Shown here one piece after another: positions 59,392-64,000 of a stretch of 64,000 nucleotides of DNA (its first letter is position 1; each line of letters begins with the position of its first letter). The stretch comes from Candidatus Bathyarchaeota archaeon (GTDB lineage Archaea > Thermoproteota > Bathyarchaeia > Bathyarchaeales > Bathycorpusculaceae), in contig CAWGZR010000004.1 in the NCBI GenBank assembly GCA_963827165.1, positions 128,001 to 192,000 of the forward strand, read 5' to 3'. Below the pieces are notes generated by a model. It was given only the letters and a program-made list of their open reading frames with translations. It was not told where the DNA came from and made no database searches. A program made the translations under genes and the position numbers.

Positions 59392-60615
59392 TTATGAAGA
59401 TGGCTTTTTGCCTGCAGAGACAAGTATTGAGATTAGGTAGTCATTTTCGACTAATCCGAATGCTCCGTTTCTTGCTGAGGATTCATCGAATTTTTTGACT
59501 CCGTCGGGTTTTAAACTGGGCGATTTGATGGCGAAGGGGATGGGTTCTCTTGAATGTGTGCCAGTGCTAACGGGCGTCGGGTGGTCAGGCGATATAGAAA
59601 TCGTGTAGGGCATATCTAAGCCGCCGAGAATTCTTCCAAGGAGCCTCTTGTCCAAATCTTCAATGGTCTTAACTTTAAGGACAGGATCCTTTGAGTGTCC
59701 AGCTTCGTCCGGAGCTTCAACATGGACGAAGACCAAATCTACCTCCTGCAGAGCTTTGAGAGCCGCATCAGCTTTACCCTCATAATCTGTGTCCCATAGA
59801 CCAGTGGCGCCGGGAACCTCGATAACCTGCATCCCAGCGTAAATGCCTAATCCCCTAACCAAATCTACTGCAGTTATGACTGCACCGTTAAGACCGAATT
59901 TTTTCTTCAAGGTAGGTATTATTGGTTTTTTACCGCCGCCCCAAGGCCAAATCAAGTTACCGGGTCTTTTGCCTGCTTTTTCACGAGCGATATTAACAGG
60001 GTGACTGCGCAGAATCTTCCTTGAGCCAATGATTAAGTCTCTTAACTGTTGCGCGTCTTTTTCAGCTTCGGACTTTTTGGCGTTGGGCAGAATCGATGAG
60101 ACTTTTACGCCTATTGAGTCATGCGGTGGCATGCAATCGATAAATTCGGGATAAGGGAAGTTTCGCATTATAAGGAAGTGCCGGTACCCACATCCTGAGA
60201 AGAACTCGATTTTGCCAGGCTTCCCGTATGCTTTGCTCATGGCTTCAATCAGTTGGGAAGATTCCTCGGTTGTTATATGTCCGGAACAGTAGTCGAGAAT
60301 AGCCCCGTCGGCCTCAGTAATCAAGTTGCATCGATAGGCGGCATCATTTTTTCCGAGCTTTATGCCTCGGGAAGGCGCTTCAAGGGGTCCCCTGCCCGTG
60401 CAATAAATTCGAGGGTCATAACCCATCAGAGAACAAATAGCAGTGTCTGAACCTGGGATGCAGTCGTCAGGAACAGTTTTCAGCAGCCCACTTTGCCCTT
60501 GCGCCGCGATCGAATCCATGTTCGGCTTATAGGCTGCTTGAAGAGGCGTTTTGCCGCCAAGTTCAGGAACGGGGCAATCAGCCATTCCATCTCCAACAAC
60601 GAGAATATACTTCAT
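59392..60615 (-). CDS. apgM: Cofactor-independent phosphoglycerate mutase
   Basis: GDGMAD, GKTPL, PGSD, RGPLEA, HVEAPDEAGH, PDHPTP. Confidence 0.92.
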   Translation of the reverse strand: MKYILVVGDGMADCPVPELGGKTPLQAAYKPNMDSIAAQGQSGLLKTVPDDCIPGSDTAICSLMGYDPRIYCTGRGPLEAPSRGIKLGKNDAAYRCNLITEADGAILDYCSGHITTEESSQLIEAMSKAYGKPGKIEFFSGCGYRHFLIMRNFPYPEFIDCMPPHDSIGVKVSSILPNAKKSEAEKDAQQLRDLIIGSRKILRSHPVNIAREKAGKRPGNLIWPWGGGKKPIIPTLKKKFGLNGAVITAVDLVRGLGIYAGMQVIEVPGATGLWDTDYEGKADAALKALQEVDLVFVHVEAPDEAGHSKDPVLKVKTIEDLDKRLLGRILGGLDMPYTISISPDHPTPVSTGTHSREPIPFAIKSPSLKPDGVKKFDESSARNGAFGLVENDYLISILVSAGKKPSS

Positions 60616-60741
60616 CTAGTCAAGTCCAAACAATCTTTTAGGGTGTATCCTGAATATGAGTTCTTTGTTTTTTAAAGTTAACACGACCAAATATTTAAGC
60701 GCAAAAGTAGAACAAACAAAAGAAAGATGGTTGATAGAGAG

Positions 60742-61476
60742 TTATGGCATTACTACTGCGCCAATCAGACTTATGGTTGGTGTCGGCAGGACATTTGCTG
60801 AGTATTCTGAGCTGAAGCCGACGGGTGCGTTTGAGATCGCCATCACGACGTTTTGACCGTAGATTACTTGTCCGAAAACGGTGTATCCTGAATCGAGGTC
60901 GCTATTGTCGGCCACATTAATGAAGAACTGTGTGCTTGCTGTGGCTGTACCGCCTGCATTGGCCATCGCGATGGTCATGTTAAGATTGCTGTTCCCATCT
61001 CCGTTTTCAAGGTTTGTGATGGTTGGTTGGGTAGTTTTGCCTTCTCCGCCTTGAATCATGAAGCCAGCGATGACTCTTTGGAAGATAGTGCTGTTGTAGT
61101 ATCCTTCGTTGACCAGTTTTACGAAGTTGGCGGTAGTGATTGGCTTGTCATCTCTCATCTGGATGACAATGTCGCCTTTGGAAGTTATGAAAAGTACCTT
61201 TGTGCCGCCTGCGCTGTATTCGCCTGTTGGGGAAGTTAGCGGAGTCACGGATGGATACGGACTGCCAGAAGAAATTGGAGATGACGAAGCAGTTGGAGCA
61301 GGTGAAGGAGTGTTCTGAATAGTCGATGGTGCACTTGGGCCTAAGTGAGTAGCTACTACGTATCCGACAAACGCGATAACGATAATTGCCAAAACAGCGC
61401 CTACTATCATCTTGCGGTTGTTGCTGCGTTTTTTAGGATTGTAAGTCTTAACTTTGACGTTTTTCTTGGAGCTCAT
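60742..61476 (-). CDS. Membrane-anchored cyclophilin-type PPIase
   Basis: TM anchor, P/S/T linker, FQRVIAGFMIQGG, IAMAN, TQFFINV, YTVFGQV. Confidence 0.88.
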   Translation of the reverse strand: MSSKKNVKVKTYNPKKRSNNRKMIVGAVLAIIVIAFVGYVVATHLGPSAPSTIQNTPSPAPTASSSPISSGSPYPSVTPLTSPTGEYSAGGTKVLFITSKGDIVIQMRDDKPITTANFVKLVNEGYYNSTIFQRVIAGFMIQGGEGKTTQPTITNLENGDGNSNLNMTIAMANAGGTATASTQFFINVADNSDLDSGYTVFGQVIYGQNVVMAISNAPVGFSSEYSANVLPTPTISLIGAVVMP

Positions 61477-61677
61477 GCCCAGAATTATTGAACATTTTTT
61501 ATTTAAACCTTTCAAAAATAACAGGCAAAAAAGAATGGCTCCAACTTCTTCAGAAATAACGGCCTTACACATGCCAATTAGCGTTTCAGCGTTCAGCACT
61601 ATTTTTATTTACGTTCCAGTTTCAGTCATATGTTGGCGAGTAAGCGCGGCAGCAAACTCTGGTTAAGTTGAAATGGA

Positions 61678-62274
61678 ATGAAAGAAACTGAGTATAGCGT
61701 TCATGTTGACTTTGGTAAGATCGAAGCTGAAGTGGACAAACTTCAAGGCGGCAACGAGGAGATAAAGGATAGAATCGCTTGTTTCCTAAAATCACTGAAA
61801 GAGACCACGGCGAGGATAGAACCCACCCTGAGCAATGAAACAGAAGATGAACGCGAACTTTGGGAGGATTACAAGCGTTTACAGAGAGAAAAGCTGGCTG
61901 TTCTAGATTTGTCTCATGAATGGGATTATATCAGCGAAGAAATCAAGGAGTCAAATCCAAGATTGGACTTCCTGGTCAATGATGCGATTGAGGAGCTAAA
62001 CGACCATATGGGGGTTTTAGCTGAATCGCACCGCGCTCACATCGATATCCTTGAAATTTATAACACCCGTAAAATCGAGTTTTTGGCCCTTGTAATCACT
62101 GCAGCAATCTCATACATCGCCGTTTGGGAATTCTCTGTCAGGGACCTCCTGGTAAGCGTAAGGTTCCCCCATAATTTGAGCCCGCTTCTAAATTATCTGT
62201 TAGTCTTACTTACCCTGCTGCCAGTATTTGTAATCGTTGTTTGGGCTTGGGCTAGACGCAAAAGCTACTTCTGA
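61678..62274 (+). CDS. Coiled-coil membrane protein
   Basis: Helical N-terminus and two C-terminal TM segments. Confidence 0.6.
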   Translation: MKETEYSVHVDFGKIEAEVDKLQGGNEEIKDRIACFLKSLKETTARIEPTLSNETEDERELWEDYKRLQREKLAVLDLSHEWDYISEEIKESNPRLDFLVNDAIEELNDHMGVLAESHRAHIDILEIYNTRKIEFLALVITAAISYIAVWEFSVRDLLVSVRFPHNLSPLLNYLLVLLTLLPVFVIVVWAWARRKSYF

Positions 62275-62290
62275 AAACCACTGTAGGTAC

Positions 62291-62689
62291 CTAAGGTTTG
62301 AAACAGTATCGAGGCCACTGCGGCCACTGCTGAGTTGTGCTGCATGAGCCGAAGTCAACCGTTAACGCCATGCCAATCTTCAGCTTTTCCTGGGTTACAC
62401 CGTTTATCATCCCTGGAATCTTCAAGCCTTCCTCAAGCTCTAAGATACCCACCGCGTAAGGTGTTAAAGCTTGAAACTGCTCGGGCGCCACATTTATGAC
62501 AGTGTATGCGAGCAATTTGCCTTTTCCTTGGACGTTGACCCATTCAAATTCTTGCGAGAGGCAGTTATCGCAGAGGGGTCTCGGTGGCAGATGGATTTTT
62601 CCGCATTTGAGGCATTTCCCAGCCATCAACTTGTGCTGCTGCAGGAACCTATAGAACTGCTCTATCGAGAAGGGTTCTTGGGTACTCAT
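62291..62689 (-). CDS. DUF35 zinc-ribbon/OB-fold protein (thiolase partner)
   Basis: KCLKCG...PPRPLCDNC, PYAVGILELEEG. Confidence 0.88.
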   Translation of the reverse strand: MSTQEPFSIEQFYRFLQQHKLMAGKCLKCGKIHLPPRPLCDNCLSQEFEWVNVQGKGKLLAYTVINVAPEQFQALTPYAVGILELEEGLKIPGMINGVTQEKLKIGMALTVDFGSCSTTQQWPQWPRYCFKP

Positions 62690-63870
62690 TAATGGTTTCT
62701 CCTGTAAATATGAACGGCAGCCGTCGCACCTGAGCCACCGACGTTGTGTGTTAAGCCTATTTCAGCGTCTTTAACTTGGCGTTTTCCCGCTTGATCGGTT
62801 AGTTGCAGGTAAACTTCGTAGGCTTGTGCGGATCCCGTGGCGCCCACCGGATGACCTTTGGCTTTCAATCCGCCGCTTGTATTAACTGGAATTCGTCCGC
62901 CAAGTCGGGTTTCGCCGCTTTCCACCAGTTTGCCGCTCCCGCCCACCGGACAGAACCCTAGGTCCTCGTAAGCCATGAGCTCAGCAAACGTGAAACAGTC
63001 GTGAACTTCTGCCAAGTCAACGTCTCGTGGCTTCACGTTAGCCAATTCGTAAGCTGTTCGGGCAGCTAATTTGGTGGCGTTCAGCGATGTGAGGCTTTGA
63101 CGTTGGTAGAGGCCGATAGTGTCACTTGCTTGTCCGCTACCGACAATATGTACTGGTTGGTCGGTGTATTTGCTAGCTAATTCGGGTCGGGTTATGATTA
63201 CGCAGCTTGCGCCGTCGGTTATTAAGGAGCAATCGTAAAGTTTAAGCGGCCAAGCGACACAACGCGACGACATTGCAGACTGCAGGGTGATTTCTTTTTG
63301 CAAGTGGGCTTTAGGGTTTAAGCTTCCGTGATAATGGTTTTTTACAGCAACCGCTGCCATCTGCTCCTCGGTCGTGCCGTACTTTTGCATATGCGCCGTA
63401 GCCATCATAGCAAATAAGCCTGGAAAAGTGATGCCATGCCACTGCTCAAACGGGTAATCTGAAGCCATCGCCAAATACTCAGTCACTTCAGCTGTGGTGC
63501 GATGAGTCATTTTTTCGACGCCACCTACCAGAACAACGTCGGCAAGTCCGGACATTGCGGCGTAAATTCCTGAACGCAACGCGACGCCGGAAGAGGCACA
63601 GGCAGATTCGGTACGTGTGGCTGCAATGCCTGTGAGCCCTGCCCAATCTGCAGCAGCTGCGCCCATATGACCCTGATGTTCATAGGCTTCGCCCATGTGC
63701 CCGATGAACATGGCTTTGATATCTTGCTTCGGGTTGAGTTTTGGGCATCGGCTGAATGCTTCGCTTGCGGCTTCCGCAAAGATCTCTCTTGCAAGTAAAC
63801 CATCGCGTTTGCCGAATTTTGACATGCCAGCGCCTACTATGCTGACGAGTGGCTTCCCCTTCAAACCCAA
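62689..63870 (-). CDS. Thiolase (SCP2-type acetyl-CoA acetyltransferase)
   Basis: ESACASSG, CSLITDGA, EVHDCF, NTSGGLKAKGHPVGATG, HNVGG. Confidence 0.93.
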   Translation of the reverse strand: MGLKGKPLVSIVGAGMSKFGKRDGLLAREIFAEAASEAFSRCPKLNPKQDIKAMFIGHMGEAYEHQGHMGAAAADWAGLTGIAATRTESACASSGVALRSGIYAAMSGLADVVLVGGVEKMTHRTTAEVTEYLAMASDYPFEQWHGITFPGLFAMMATAHMQKYGTTEEQMAAVAVKNHYHGSLNPKAHLQKEITLQSAMSSRCVAWPLKLYDCSLITDGASCVIITRPELASKYTDQPVHIVGSGQASDTIGLYQRQSLTSLNATKLAARTAYELANVKPRDVDLAEVHDCFTFAELMAYEDLGFCPVGGSGKLVESGETRLGGRIPVNTSGGLKAKGHPVGATGSAQAYEVYLQLTDQAGKRQVKDAEIGLTHNVGGSGATAAVHIYRRNH

Positions 63871-64000
63871 CGTTCCCTCTTAGATCCCAATACACAGACA
63901 CCATGCCTAAATAAAAACTATGCAACTCAAACGCTGGGAGCAATCCCATAAACAAGCAAACAGCCATACCCATTTCGTTGTTTCGATGTTATTTCTTATT

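Overview
This is an archaeal chromosomal window, most likely Bathyarchaeia. That assignment is inferred from the combination of eL22, cdvABC, HdrA-MvhD, FwdF-like polyferredoxin and archaeal tRNAs; no database search was run. The main result is a co-located selenocysteine system at 25.7-33.8 kb: a PSTK-SelB fusion, a divergently transcribed SepSecS, a 9/4-fold tRNA-Sec(UCA), and an ~835-aa HdrA-MvhD fusion. The ORF track splits that fusion into three pieces at two in-frame UGA codons, both at conserved Cys/Sec positions. Each UGA is followed, exactly 6 nt downstream, by an in-frame hairpin, and I found no canonical 3'-UTR SECIS. The left end holds a Group III-type nitrogenase operon (nifH-nifB-nifD-nifK) with RHH and Lrp regulators, five copies of a palindromic operator, and a cobQ-like gene flanked by inverted copies of a ~240-bp element, all next to tRNA-Arg. 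The window also has toxin-antitoxin remnants, tRNA-Ile, a stand-alone 5S rRNA, a C/D-box sRNA, three 10-bp-period tandem arrays that share a 36-bp flanking motif, LipS1/LipS2, a CBS-HPF protein, pyrDK, the Cdv/ESCRT cluster, an Lhr helicase and a thiolase/DUF35 pair. Several single-base frameshifts suggest assembly indel errors.
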